A stretch of 64,000 bases of DNA from Chloroflexi bacterium bin125 (GTDB lineage: Bacteria > Chloroflexota > Dehalococcoidia > Bin125), in assembly GCA_002239025.1 (NCBI GenBank), contig MPNM01000001.1:257026-321025 (forward strand). Direction: 5' to 3'. Within the stretch, counting starts at the first letter, position 1. The number at the start of each line of letters is the position of its first letter. The position numbers and the translations under genes are program-made. Shown here piece after piece: positions 47,935-57,400 of the stretch. Below the pieces are notes generated by a model, which saw only the letters and a list, made by a program, of their open reading frames with translations, was not told where the DNA came from and made no database searches.

Positions 47935-49100
47935 CAGGTGTGTCCGCTCAGCGCTTGGGTCATTGTTCTCCCGAATGGCAGGACTGAGAGCTCCTCGGCG
48001 TAGGTGGTGTCGCCGCGCATGACTTGGAAGAAGGCTCTCCAGAGGTAGTTGATGTGCTTGGAGGTCTTCAGGGCGAGCCAGGGCCAGGTGGTGACGCACC
48101 AGTAGTAGAGGCGGGAGATGGTTCTCGCGGCGTTGAGCTCGGGTTGGATTTCTCGGTTGATTGATCTTGTGTAGGCAGCGGCAGGATCGTCGGACGTGAG
48201 CACTGCCTCTGCTGCGAGGTTGGCGGAGTGGACGGCGTAGGCGATGCCTTCGGCGGTGAACTCGTCGGCGAGGCCGGCGGCGTCGCCGACGAGCAGAGCG
48301 CGATCTTTGGCGACCGGCTCGTTTGGTGAGCGTCGGTAGCGGATCGGGTGTCCCTTGACCTTGATCACTTCTGCATCGGAGAGGCCGAGCCGTGACAGGT
48401 ATCGATCTGTCTGATTGCGAATCGTGCGGCCGTGTTGCGGAGCCTTGACGACACCGACCGACAACTTTCCTTCCTTGGGAAAGACCCAACCGTAGCCCCA
48501 GGGGCGATAACCAACATCGACATTGGCAGCCTGATGCCAGTGATCTAGTGCCTGATGTGGCGCGGCAACTTCCACTTCGTAGGCGGCGCTGTGGGTCGGG
48601 GCTGAGGCAATGTTCAGCCACCGTGCGGTTGGTCCGGTCGCGCCATCGGCCGCAAGGATGTGTCGGGCTCGAACTGTTCCGGTTGGAGTTTCAAGTTGGT
48701 AGCAATCGTCCAATCCGGAGATCGATTGCACGGGAGCGGCGTCGCATATATCCACGCCAGCTCCGACAGCAAGTTCTGTCAAGAACTGGTCGAACTGATC
48801 ACGCATGACCATCCAGGCCAACGGTCGCTTCGAGGTCTTGCGGAACTGATGTTGTCCGAAGCGGGAGATGTCGATAGTGTCAACGAACCCCTCGCTGACC
48901 GGGGAGATATCCAGGTCGTCGAGCAACTGAATCGTCCTGGCTGGGACGCCGCCACCACAGGCCTTGTATCGGGGCAGCGACTGCTTTTCCAACAGCAACA
49001 CGGACGCGCCCGAGGTGCTCAGTCGTCGAGCGGCGGTCGCGCCGGCGGGTCCGGCGCCGATCACAACGGCGTCCCAGGTGAGTTGACCAGAACTGGGCAT
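47934..49100 (-). CDS. geranylgeranyl reductase family FAD-dependent oxidoreductase
   Basis: N-terminal 'DAVVIGAGPAGATAARRL' FAD-binding fold with a typical GGR architecture, 388 aa. The stop overlaps the pseudo-nth ATG (TGATG). Confidence 0.78.
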   Translation of the reverse strand: MPSSGQLTWDAVVIGAGPAGATAARRLSTSGASVLLLEKQSLPRYKACGGGVPARTIQLLDDLDISPVSEGFVDTIDISRFGQHQFRKTSKRPLAWMVMRDQFDQFLTELAVGAGVDICDAAPVQSISGLDDCYQLETPTGTVRARHILAADGATGPTARWLNIASAPTHSAAYEVEVAAPHQALDHWHQAANVDVGYRPWGYGWVFPKEGKLSVGVVKAPQHGRTIRNQTDRYLSRLGLSDAEVIKVKGHPIRYRRSPNEPVAKDRALLVGDAAGLADEFTAEGIAYAVHSANLAAEAVLTSDDPAAAYTRSINREIQPELNAARTISRLYYWCVTTWPWLALKTSKHINYLWRAFFQVMRGDTTYAEELSVLPFGRTMTQALSGHT

Positions 49101-49191
49101 GATGGATCAGCGTATCGGCCGCACGTTGGCTATACTTTTTGCGCCTGCGATTGGGTCGCGGGCTGGTGTGCAGAAGCTTGAGGAGTTGAGC

Positions 49192-50373
49192 ATGGACTAT
49201 CAATTCACCGCATCGGACGAAGCCTTCCGCGGCGAGGTTGTCAATTTCATCGACGACAACTGGGTTCCGCCCTCGGGACCTGAAGTTGAGGGCGACGATT
49301 CCCACTTCGAGGCCGAGCGCGCTTTTGAGAAGCGCGCAGCGTCCAAAGGCTGGCTGACAATGGCCTGGCCGGAGGAGTACGGCGGCCGCGGCGCGAGCCA
49401 CATTCAGCAGATGATCTACCGCGAGGAAGCGGCCTACCGCGGAGCGCCGGGCTCCGGTGGTCAGGGCATCTCGATGGTCGGTCCCTGTCTGATGCTGCAC
49501 GGCACCGAGGAGCAGCGCCAGGAACACCTACCGCGAATCGCCAACGCCGAGTCCTACTGGGCGCAAGGCTTCTCTGAGCCGGGCAACGGCTCAGACCTGG
49601 CCGGACTGCAGACGCGCGCCGTCCGCGACGGCGACGACTTCGTCATCAACGGACAGAAGATCTGGACATCGGGCGCGCACTACGCCGACTGGATCCACGT
49701 CTTGACACGGACCGATCCCGAAGCTCCGAAGCATCGCGGCATCTCGTACTTCCTGCTCGATATGAACACGCCGGGCATTGAGGTGCGACCGCTGATCAAC
49801 ATGCTCGGCGAGCATGGCTTCAATGAGGTCTACTTCACCGACGTGCGCGTACCCGCCGCGAACATGATGGGCGAGTACAACCGCGGCTGGTACGTCGCGG
49901 CGACGCTGCTCGACTTCGAGCGCTCCGGCGTTGCGTGGTCGGCGACATCGCGCAAGAGCGTCGAGCTGATGTCCGAATACGCCTCGGAGCGGCCCGGCCG
50001 TCGCGGTGGGGCGAAGTTGATCGACGATCCGGGCGTACGCAACGGGCTCGCCAACCTGATGATTGAATCGGAAATCGCCAAGCTGATCTCGTATCGCGTC
50101 GTCTGGATGCAGTCGCAGGAGCTGGTGCCGAACCACGAGGCGTCGATGTCGAAGATGTTCGGCTCGGAACTGGGCCAGCGAGTGTCGCGCTTCGGCGTCA
50201 ACATGATGGGCCTGCACAGCCAGCGGATCGACCCCGACGACCCGGACGCGCCACTCGCGGCGAGGATCGGTCGGGCCTACATGTCGACGGTGCCGAGCAC
50301 GATCGCGGCGGGCACGTCGGAGATTCAGCGAAACATCATCGCAACCCGAGGTCTGCAACTTCCGCGTCAGTAG
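49192..50373 (+). CDS. acyl-CoA dehydrogenase family protein
   Basis: ACAD N-terminal, middle ('YWAQGFSEPGNGSD') and C-terminal domains. The likely start is at 'MDYQFTASDEAF'. Confidence 0.85.
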   Translation: MDYQFTASDEAFRGEVVNFIDDNWVPPSGPEVEGDDSHFEAERAFEKRAASKGWLTMAWPEEYGGRGASHIQQMIYREEAAYRGAPGSGGQGISMVGPCLMLHGTEEQRQEHLPRIANAESYWAQGFSEPGNGSDLAGLQTRAVRDGDDFVINGQKIWTSGAHYADWIHVLTRTDPEAPKHRGISYFLLDMNTPGIEVRPLINMLGEHGFNEVYFTDVRVPAANMMGEYNRGWYVAATLLDFERSGVAWSATSRKSVELMSEYASERPGRRGGAKLIDDPGVRNGLANLMIESEIAKLISYRVVWMQSQELVPNHEASMSKMFGSELGQRVSRFGVNMMGLHSQRIDPDDPDAPLAARIGRAYMSTVPSTIAAGTSEIQRNIIATRGLQLPRQ

Positions 50374-50401
50374 ACGTCCTAGAGGCACGATCAACGAGAA
50401 C

Positions 50402-50430
50402 GCGGCCCCATTCGGGGCCGCGTTTCTTTG
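50402..50430 (+). terminator. intrinsic terminator after the acyl-CoA dehydrogenase gene
   Basis: 'gcggccccATTCggggccgc' followed by 'gtttctttg'. This is the only classical hairpin-plus-T-tract terminator I saw in the window. Confidence 0.6.
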
Positions 50431-50516
50431 TGGCTCCGTTGATACGATTGCCGTGGGTCGTGCGAGCCCGTTGGGAGTCTTCACATAGGACTCCAACCTG
50501 AACCGATCGGAGCGGT

Positions 50517-51467
50517 ATGCGTGATGGAATGGATGCAGCGCTGGAGATAGTGCATCGGACGGGGCCCGAATACGGGCCGGGAGCGTCGAATCATGCTCCT
50601 ATGGCGGTGGAGGCGATGTTGGCGATGGGGCGCGGGGATGGGATCATCTCCTGGCTTGAGTGGTATCGAGCGGAGTTGGAAGAAGCGCCCAGAGGGGTTG
50701 CCACGATTCCGCCCGAGAACTGGCGCGATTACCTCGGCAAATCGGATCGTGTGGCCGATTGGGTCTCGTTTTTCGATCGAGAGATCGCCGAGTGCGGGTG
50801 GCAACAAACAATCGCCACGTGGGGTCCACGTCTGGCGCCGGCGATCGTGTCCCGTGCGGCACACGGACTGATTCGTACGGCTCATGCGGTGCGCAGTCTC
50901 TCGTTGGCGGATACGGCCGTTCGTCGTCATGAGCTTTCCGAAGGTCTGGGCTATTGGGCATCAACCTGGCAAACCCTGCCGGGCAATCTGGTTTCGGAAG
51001 TTCCTGGGAGATTGGCCTCAGAGGCCATAGAGGACCTTCATCGGCTGCATGAACCGGGGTTCGTTAACCAGGGATTGATCTGGCAATCGCTGAATCGACT
51101 CCATGAAGAGCCGTCGTTTGCTCATGTCGTCAACCTTGCGGGTCCGGCCCACGATGTTTCTGCGTTTCTTTCCAATTTGACCGAGACAGCGGCGCGCTGG
51201 TTTCTGAGCGATCGGACGGTGCCAGTCGTGTTCGTGCACACGGTGACGGCGCCAAGCTGCTTGCGGTTCATCTGTCCGTATCTCAAACCAGAGGATGCCG
51301 TCCTGGCCGCGCGATACGCCTGGCAGACCTGCGCTGCGATGTACGCCTGGTTTGCGCTGGAGCTTCCGCAAGTTCCTAAGTTGCCGGACGCCAATGAGTT
51401 TGATCTCGATGAACTGAAAGATCGGGCCGTTCATGCCGCCGGACCTCACTCGATCAAGTTTGTCTAG
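50517..51467 (+). CDS. hypothetical protein (possibly DUF4243/questin-oxidase-like)
   Basis: 316 aa. The N-terminal 'GPGASNHAPMAVEAMLAMG' resembles DUF4243, but the assignment is tentative. Confidence 0.5.
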   Translation: MRDGMDAALEIVHRTGPEYGPGASNHAPMAVEAMLAMGRGDGIISWLEWYRAELEEAPRGVATIPPENWRDYLGKSDRVADWVSFFDREIAECGWQQTIATWGPRLAPAIVSRAAHGLIRTAHAVRSLSLADTAVRRHELSEGLGYWASTWQTLPGNLVSEVPGRLASEAIEDLHRLHEPGFVNQGLIWQSLNRLHEEPSFAHVVNLAGPAHDVSAFLSNLTETAARWFLSDRTVPVVFVHTVTAPSCLRFICPYLKPEDAVLAARYAWQTCAAMYAWFALELPQVPKLPDANEFDLDELKDRAVHAAGPHSIKFV

Positions 51468-51545
51468 GCGTGTTTGCGGGAGTACGAACTCAATCCGAAG
51501 GCGGTCTACTTGGCCGCGGCCGATGATGCCATCGACCGGGTTGGT

Positions 51546-52055
51546 TCAGCCTGAGCGGGCACCTTTGAGGAGGTCGTTGACGTGCTCTCGGACGTGGCCG
51601 ACGGCTACTCCTTCGAGCACGTCTAGGAGGGTTCCTTCGACTCCTCCGGCAGACCTTGTTGGTTGTTTGAGCAGTCCTTCGTCGGCGGCTCGGATGGCGT
51701 CGATGGTTTCGGCTCGGTTACGGCGGAACTCGGTCAGGAGTTGTTCGACCGGTTGATCGTCGCGGCGGGCGACCTGCTTGGTGTTGTAGGCGTCCATGTC
51801 GAAGCCTGCGCCTCCGCCCTGGGGAACGTCGCCGCCCGCGGCTCGTTGCTCGGCTCGTTCGATTAGACGGGGGTAGGTCCACTCGATGGCGGCGATGTGG
51901 GCAAGCAGTTGGCGGGCGTTCCAGCCTTGTTCGTAGACGCCGCGCTCGAATGCCTCCTCTGGCAGTTGGGCGACGGCTTCCTGGAACTCTTCGCCGTCCT
52001 GCTGAAGCTCGGCGATCAGTTCTTCACGGCTGGAGATTGTCATGAGGCTGGCCAT
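51546..52055 (-). CDS. DinB/YfiT-like (DinB_2) metal-dependent thiol-transferase-fold protein
   Basis: 'QLLAHIAAIEW' and 'VGHVREHVNDL' form the His triad of the DinB_2 / mycothiol-dependent maleylpyruvate isomerase N-terminal fold. Confidence 0.7.
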   Translation of the reverse strand: MASLMTISSREELIAELQQDGEEFQEAVAQLPEEAFERGVYEQGWNARQLLAHIAAIEWTYPRLIERAEQRAAGGDVPQGGGAGFDMDAYNTKQVARRDDQPVEQLLTEFRRNRAETIDAIRAADEGLLKQPTRSAGGVEGTLLDVLEGVAVGHVREHVNDLLKGARSG

Positions 52056-52903
52056 TCTGCTCCGGTGACCTCGTTGGTGAACTCCCAGAGGCGTTCGGCG
52101 GCTTGCCGGTCACTCGCCTGCGGTTGCGGCGTCGTGAGGGTGTGGCGATCGAAGTAGGCACCGGCATCGGCGCGCCGGGCCGGGTTAGTGGCGAGCTCGA
52201 CGACTGGCGCCGCGCCCTGCTCGGGACTGCGCAGCAATGATCGCGCGACGCGGAGGGCCGCCCGCAAGGGAGCTGGGAAGTTCTTCTGGAAGCCGGATGC
52301 CACGACGCCGGGGTGTACTGAGAAGGTGGCGAGCCCCGAGTCATGCGTACGTCGATCCAGCTCGTTGGTGAAAAGGATGTTGGCCAGCTTGGTCACGCAG
52401 TACGGCCAGATTCCTCCCCAGCGATGCTCGAAGTTGAGGTCGTCCAGGGGCATCGCCTCGACGCGCTCGTAGACGCGCGAGCTGACGTTGACGACGCGGG
52501 CATCATCCGACTCAAGCAGGGTTGGCAGCAGCAGCGAGGTGAGCAGTACGTGCGAGAAGTGATTCGTCTGCATCATCGTCTCGTGACCGTCGACGGTGAG
52601 CTTTCGCTCGTTGAGGGTGAGCCCTGCATTGTTGACGAGGACGTCAAGCCGATTAGTGCGTTCCAGCAGTTCCTCGGCGGCTCGTCGAACGGAGGCGAAG
52701 GAGGCAAGGTCCAGCTCCAGTAGCTCGACGGCGATCGAATCGCTGTCCTTTTGAATCTGGGAAACGGCGGCTTGGCCGCGCTCAGGAGAGCGGGCGGCGG
52801 CGAAGACGTGCCAGCCGCGCCGCGCGAACTCGGTCGCGGCCGCAAGGCCGATGCCGCTGTTGGCCCCGGTAATGAGAACGACGGGAGGTGTAGTTTGGTT
52901 AGT
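52040..52903 (-). CDS. SDR family oxidoreductase (retinol dehydrogenase-like)
   Basis: 'VLITGANSGIGLAAA' and 'YCVTKLANILFT' (YxxxK). The likely start is at 'MTNQTTPPV'. Confidence 0.82.
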   Translation of the reverse strand, partial: TNQTTPPVVLITGANSGIGLAAATEFARRGWHVFAAARSPERGQAAVSQIQKDSDSIAVELLELDLASFASVRRAAEELLERTNRLDVLVNNAGLTLNERKLTVDGHETMMQTNHFSHVLLTSLLLPTLLESDDARVVNVSSRVYERVEAMPLDDLNFEHRWGGIWPYCVTKLANILFTNELDRRTHDSGLATFSVHPGVVASGFQKNFPAPLRAALRVARSLLRSPEQGAAPVVELATNPARRADAGAYFDRHTLTTPQPQASDRQAAERLWEFTNEVTGAEWPAS

Positions 52904-52952
52904 CATGTCCTGAGTGTACGAAATGCAGTGATCGCATCGGTGAATGTCGCGC

Positions 52953-53816
52953 TCAGATTGTTTGCCAGTCCGCGCCCGTGAGCTCGACACTGCGCTCCCA
53001 GAGCCCCAACGCCGCCTCGGGGTCTTGCGCGGTCGGGGCGAGCTCGCGGTGCTCATGTCGCTCGTAGAAGGCGCCCGCATCGGCTCGCTTGTCCGCGCCG
53101 GTTGCAAGCTCGACCAGAGGAGTCGCGCCCTTCTCAGGGGTCAGGAAGAACGGGCGAATGACGGCAAAGACCAATCGCATGATGCCTCGCGGGCCCTCTC
53201 CGAAGTTGGTCTTGACAGCGCCGGGACTGACTGAGAACGCAGACAAGCCCTGCGCTTCGTAGCGGCGGTGCAGTTCGTTAGTGAAGAGGACATTGGCCAG
53301 CTTGCTAATCACGTATGGCTGCATCCTGCCCCAGTGCTGTTCAAGCTGCAGATCGTCGAGCGGCATCGGCACCGCTCGCCGGTAGCCGCCTGAAGACACG
53401 TTAATCACCCGTGCATCGTCCGACTCCAACAAGCGCGGAAGCAACAGCGATGTCAGGAGAAAGTGCGAGAAGTGATTCGTCTGCATGATCATCTCGAGGC
53501 CATCGTCGGTGATGTGCCGATCGTTGGTCACCGTCCCGGCGTTATTGATCAGCACGTCCAGTCGAGGCGCCAGCTCAAGCGCCTGCTGCGCGGCCATGCG
53601 GACGCTTTCGAGTGAGGTCAGCTCCATCTGCACGACGTCGAGTTGATCCGACCCGGTCAGGGTGCGAATCTCGTCAACCACCGCTTGCGCTCGCTGCGGA
53701 TTACGAGCGCCCAGCAATACCCTCCAGCCCGACCCAGCGAGAGAAGTCGCTGCCGCCTTTCCAATCCCGCTCGTGGCGCCGGTGATGAGGGCGGTGTGGG
53801 CGTGGTTAGTAGTCAT
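52953..53816 (-). CDS. SDR family oxidoreductase (tandem paralog)
   Basis: 'ALITGATSGIGKAAA' and 'YVISKLANVLFT'. About 55% identical to the adjacent SDR. Confidence 0.82.
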   Translation of the reverse strand: MTTNHAHTALITGATSGIGKAAATSLAGSGWRVLLGARNPQRAQAVVDEIRTLTGSDQLDVVQMELTSLESVRMAAQQALELAPRLDVLINNAGTVTNDRHITDDGLEMIMQTNHFSHFLLTSLLLPRLLESDDARVINVSSGGYRRAVPMPLDDLQLEQHWGRMQPYVISKLANVLFTNELHRRYEAQGLSAFSVSPGAVKTNFGEGPRGIMRLVFAVIRPFFLTPEKGATPLVELATGADKRADAGAFYERHEHRELAPTAQDPEAALGLWERSVELTGADWQTI

Positions 53817-53834
53817 GCTTCGAGCCTATAGATG

Positions 53835-54848
53835 TCAGCGTGCCAGGTCGGCGAGAAACCACGCGGCGGCGTCCTCAAACGTCTGCTCCAGTGGAGTCTG
53901 CGGTAACCCCAACTCCCGAATCGCCTTACCAGGATCAAACCACTGCCGATGAGCGGCCAGCCGAACACCGGCAATCGTCGCTCGCGGCGTCTGCCGCCGC
54001 AGCTCCGAGACCAGATACTCGTCAATGACAGCCGCCAGATATGCCACACCGAGCGGCAGCGCCAGTTGAGGCGGGTCGACACCGGCGGCGGCAGCGGCGC
54101 GGGTGATGATCTCACGTAGCGTCAGGTTGCCTTCCGCGTGGCCCAGCAAGAACCGTTCCCCGACGTGCCCCCGTTGGATCTGTTCAGCCGCAAGCAGGTG
54201 ACCCATTGCCACATCTGTGACGTGGACGATGTTTAGTCCTGCGCTGCGGATATGGGCGGGCATCTGGCCGAGGGCGGCGTCGCGAATCAATCGACCAGTC
54301 GGAGTCGGTTTGAGGTCCAACGGGCCAATCGGCGCAGTTGGCAGAACGCAGACGGCGGGCAGCGACTCTGATTGGACCAACTCGTGAACAAGCCGCTCGC
54401 TGATGATCTTGGTTTCTTCGTATGGACCAGGGGCGTGTTCGACCTCGGCCCACTGGATTTCGTCGGCGGGGTGTGACGGATCGCGCGGCGGTCCAACGGC
54501 GGCGACGGAGGAAGTGTGGACCACCCGGTCGACTTGTGCCCGAAGCGCGGCATGCATCAGGTCTCGGGTGCCGTCGACATTGACGCGGTATGCGTCGCTT
54601 CTGGCCCGACGGCTCAGGTCGTATCGGGCGGCGACGTTGAACAACGTGTCTATGCCATCGAGCGCGCTGACTAGCGATTGCGAATCAGTCAGGTCTCCAT
54701 GCACAAGCTCGACTGGCAGACCGTCGAGGTTTCGCTGGTCGCTGTTGGGTCGGACGAGGGCGCGGACCTCGGCGCCAGCATCTAGCACAGCTCGGACGAC
54801 GTGAGCGCCGATGAAGCCGTTGGCTCCGGTGACGAGAGCTCGCTTCAC
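53835..54848 (-). CDS. NAD-dependent epimerase/dehydratase, hopanoid-associated HpnA-like
   Basis: Begins 'KRALVTGANGFIGAHVVRAVL'. Extended-SDR family. The HpnA assignment rests on the neighbouring hpnG and hpnH genes. Confidence 0.65.
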   Translation of the reverse strand: MKRALVTGANGFIGAHVVRAVLDAGAEVRALVRPNSDQRNLDGLPVELVHGDLTDSQSLVSALDGIDTLFNVAARYDLSRRARSDAYRVNVDGTRDLMHAALRAQVDRVVHTSSVAAVGPPRDPSHPADEIQWAEVEHAPGPYEETKIISERLVHELVQSESLPAVCVLPTAPIGPLDLKPTPTGRLIRDAALGQMPAHIRSAGLNIVHVTDVAMGHLLAAEQIQRGHVGERFLLGHAEGNLTLREIITRAAAAAGVDPPQLALPLGVAYLAAVIDEYLVSELRRQTPRATIAGVRLAAHRQWFDPGKAIRELGLPQTPLEQTFEDAAAWFLADLAR

Positions 54849-54867
54849 GGCGGTCCTGCGAGATGGG

Positions 54868-55572
54868 CTATTCGTCTGAATCTGGTTGGTCGGGCGCGAG
54901 AGCGGGAATGATCAGCGTCATGGCACGCTCAAGCTCTTGCATCGCCGACTGGCGTTGCAGACCGAGCGAGATCAGTTCTGGCAACAGCCTGGGACGCCTG
55001 AATGCGCCGACGGCGATGTCGACCGCGGACGGCTTGCCTCGCCACTGGACGACTTCGTTGGGAATGTCGTCGTCAAGCGCATCCATCACGACTCGCACGG
55101 AAACAAATGGAATGTCGGCTTCGGCGCAGGCCTCAGCCCACTCGGCGTCCTCCATCTGCACGATTTCGGCGCCGCTGTCGGCGGCGGCCTTCTTCTCGGG
55201 TCGGGTGAACAGGATGTCGGGCGTGGTAATGCTGGTGACCGACTGCCAGAAGATGTCGGCCCTGTTCAGTAGCCGGATTGCCTGTTTGCGCAGCTGATCG
55301 TCGGGCTGAAACGTTGCGCCGTCGGTCTGTCGAATAATGCTGGTTGGCAGTGTGATCGACGGTCGGCGCAGCGTATTGGTCAGCCCGCCGGCGACGCCGA
55401 TGCTGATCACGTGGCTGAGTTGGTGGCGTTCGATCGCCTCCTCAGCCGCATCTCGCGCCCGATCCGGCCCGACACCCGTGGTAAGGATGCGCACCCGTCC
55501 GCGACCGGCGATGGCCTGTCCGGCGCGGGCGGCCTGTGCCTCCCAGGGAAGTGCAGCGGTGATCGTGAGCAT
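54868..55572 (-). CDS. PNP/MTA-nucleosidase family protein, hopanoid-associated phosphorylase HpnG-like
   Basis: 'ISIGVAGGL' and 'VQMEDAEWAEACAEADIPFVSVRVVMD', typical of the PNP_UDP_1 nucleosidase fold. 234 aa. Confidence 0.65.
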   Translation of the reverse strand: MLTITAALPWEAQAARAGQAIAGRGRVRILTTGVGPDRARDAAEEAIERHQLSHVISIGVAGGLTNTLRRPSITLPTSIIRQTDGATFQPDDQLRKQAIRLLNRADIFWQSVTSITTPDILFTRPEKKAAADSGAEIVQMEDAEWAEACAEADIPFVSVRVVMDALDDDIPNEVVQWRGKPSAVDIAVGAFRRPRLLPELISLGLQRQSAMQELERAMTLIIPALAPDQPDSDE

Positions 55573-55735
55573 AAGAATCAGTCTACGCCAGACTCAGGCT
55601 CGCGCTGCTCGATTATGCAAGAGGGGCGGCGCAGTAGCCGGGTTGTGTCAGGAGTACGCAGAGTGTTTGCTTACCTGTCGACCTGCTGCCGGTGAGTAGA
55701 CTAAGAAACGAGGCGAATTGAATTCATGAGGAAGA

Positions 55736-56524
55736 TTGATGTACGAAACCCTGCTCTACGACATTGACGACGGCATCTGCACGATTACGTTGAATCGGCC
55801 GGAGTCGCTCAACGCATTGAACGGCACGATGTTGACCGAGTTGCCGCTGGCCTGCGAACAGGCGGCGGCGGACAACGATGTGCGCGTCGTGATCCTAACC
55901 GGTTCGGGTCGGCTGTTCTGCGCTGGCGGCGACCTGAAAGACACCGGCCGAGGCGACATTCGCAACCTGGAGCAGAGCATCTACTCGCTGACCAACCAGG
56001 AGCGTGCGTCGGTGTTGCTGCACCAGATGCCGAAGCCGACGATCGCCGCGATCAATGGCGGCGCGGCCGGCGCCGGATGCTCGATCACGCTGGCCTGCGA
56101 CCTGCGCTACATGTCCACGACGGCGTACCTCTACACCGCCTTCCTGAAGGTCGGATTCTCGGGCGACTTCGGTGGTACCTGGACGCTGCCGCGTCTGGTC
56201 GGGATGGGCAAGGCTCGCGAAATGTACCTGCTGCCCGACCGGGTGCAGGCGGAGGAAGCGCTTTCGCTTGGCCTGGCCAACGGCGTGTTCGACCCCGAAG
56301 AGTTGATGCCGAACGTGCAGCAAATCGCTGCGCAGTTGCGAGACTCACATCCCGGCGCGATCGCGCAGATCAAGAACAACCTCAACGACGCATTCACGAT
56401 TCCGCTGTCGGAAGCTGTCCGGCGCGAGGCGGACCGGATGCGCCGCGTGGGTGAGAGCGAGGATTCGATCGAGGCGCGACGGGCGTTCGTCGAGAAGCGG
56501 CGTCCGGTGTTCACGGGTCGCTAG
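55736..56524 (+). CDS. enoyl-CoA hydratase/isomerase family protein
   Basis: Crotonase-fold motifs 'AAINGGAAGAGCSITLACDLR' and 'GLANGV'. Confidence 0.85.
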   Translation: MMYETLLYDIDDGICTITLNRPESLNALNGTMLTELPLACEQAAADNDVRVVILTGSGRLFCAGGDLKDTGRGDIRNLEQSIYSLTNQERASVLLHQMPKPTIAAINGGAAGAGCSITLACDLRYMSTTAYLYTAFLKVGFSGDFGGTWTLPRLVGMGKAREMYLLPDRVQAEEALSLGLANGVFDPEELMPNVQQIAAQLRDSHPGAIAQIKNNLNDAFTIPLSEAVRREADRMRRVGESEDSIEARRAFVEKRRPVFTGR

Positions 56525-56571
56525 TCCTGTCGGGCGTTCCGTCCGGCGGTCGATCCCGAAAGAGGTGCGCG

Positions 56572-57339
56572 ATGTTGCGAATGCGGCAGATCTGTCTGGT
56601 GGCTGAGGATCTGGACATGATTGAGGCGCACCTGCGGGGCGTCTTCGGGTTGGAAGTCTGTCATCGCGATCCGGGAGTTGGCAAGTTCGGGTTGCACAAC
56701 TTCTTGATGCCGGTAGGCAATGCGTTTCTGGAGGTGGTCTCGCCGATGATGCCCGGCACAGCGGGTGGCCGCTTCCTGAGGCGTCGCGGCGGCGATGGCG
56801 GCTACATGGTGATCATGCAATGCGACGACATGGCCGGTCGGCGCGGCCGGGTCGCTGAGCTTGGGATCCGTTTGATCACCGATGGTGGGAACGAGCAGAC
56901 AGACGGGATCCAGTTACATCCGAAGGATCTTCCCGGCGCCATCGCCGAGCTGCGCTGGAACACCGGCGACGACGTGCTAGACGGTCCCTGGAATCCAGCC
57001 GGCGATCACTGGCTGCCGGCCAAGCGGGAGCACGTGATCACTGCGATGACCGCCGCCGAGTTGCAGAGCGACGACCCATCGGGCATGGCGGCTCGATGGT
57101 CGGAGGTTCTGGAGATTGCGCGCGGCTCAGACGACGACGGTCACCCGACCATCGCGCTTGACGATGCCACCTTGCGCTTCGTCGAGGCGACGGACGGACG
57201 TGGCGAAGGCCTGGGCGGACTGGATGTCGCGACTATTGATCACGAGCATGTAGTCACCACGGCACGGCATCATGATCTTGAGGTGTCGGAGGACGAGTCG
57301 ATGGTAATGCTTGGCGGAGTGCGATTCCGGCTGGTCTAG
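56572..57339 (+). CDS. VOC (glyoxalase/bleomycin-resistance/dioxygenase) family protein
   Basis: Two betaalphabetabetabeta-type modules. 255 aa. Low-specificity assignment. Confidence 0.55.
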   Translation: MLRMRQICLVAEDLDMIEAHLRGVFGLEVCHRDPGVGKFGLHNFLMPVGNAFLEVVSPMMPGTAGGRFLRRRGGDGGYMVIMQCDDMAGRRGRVAELGIRLITDGGNEQTDGIQLHPKDLPGAIAELRWNTGDDVLDGPWNPAGDHWLPAKREHVITAMTAAELQSDDPSGMAARWSEVLEIARGSDDDGHPTIALDDATLRFVEATDGRGEGLGGLDVATIDHEHVVTTARHHDLEVSEDESMVMLGGVRFRLV

Positions 57340-57346
57340 GCGAGCA

Positions 57347-57400
57347 GCCCCCTCAGTCACTTCGTGACAGCTCCCCCAAAGGGGGAGCGCCTGGGAGCTA
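57347..57400. repeat. hairpin-cluster repeat (type E) between convergent VOC gene and hpnH
   Basis: Contains 'gtcacTTCgtgac' and 'ctcccccAAAgggggag'. Confidence 0.65.

Noticed and set aside
47854-48621. 255-aa ORF antisense to the geranylgeranyl reductase gene.
   Set aside because: It is an arginine/proline-rich antisense artefact. Only its last 26 codons are meaningful, as the nth-like remnant reported separately.
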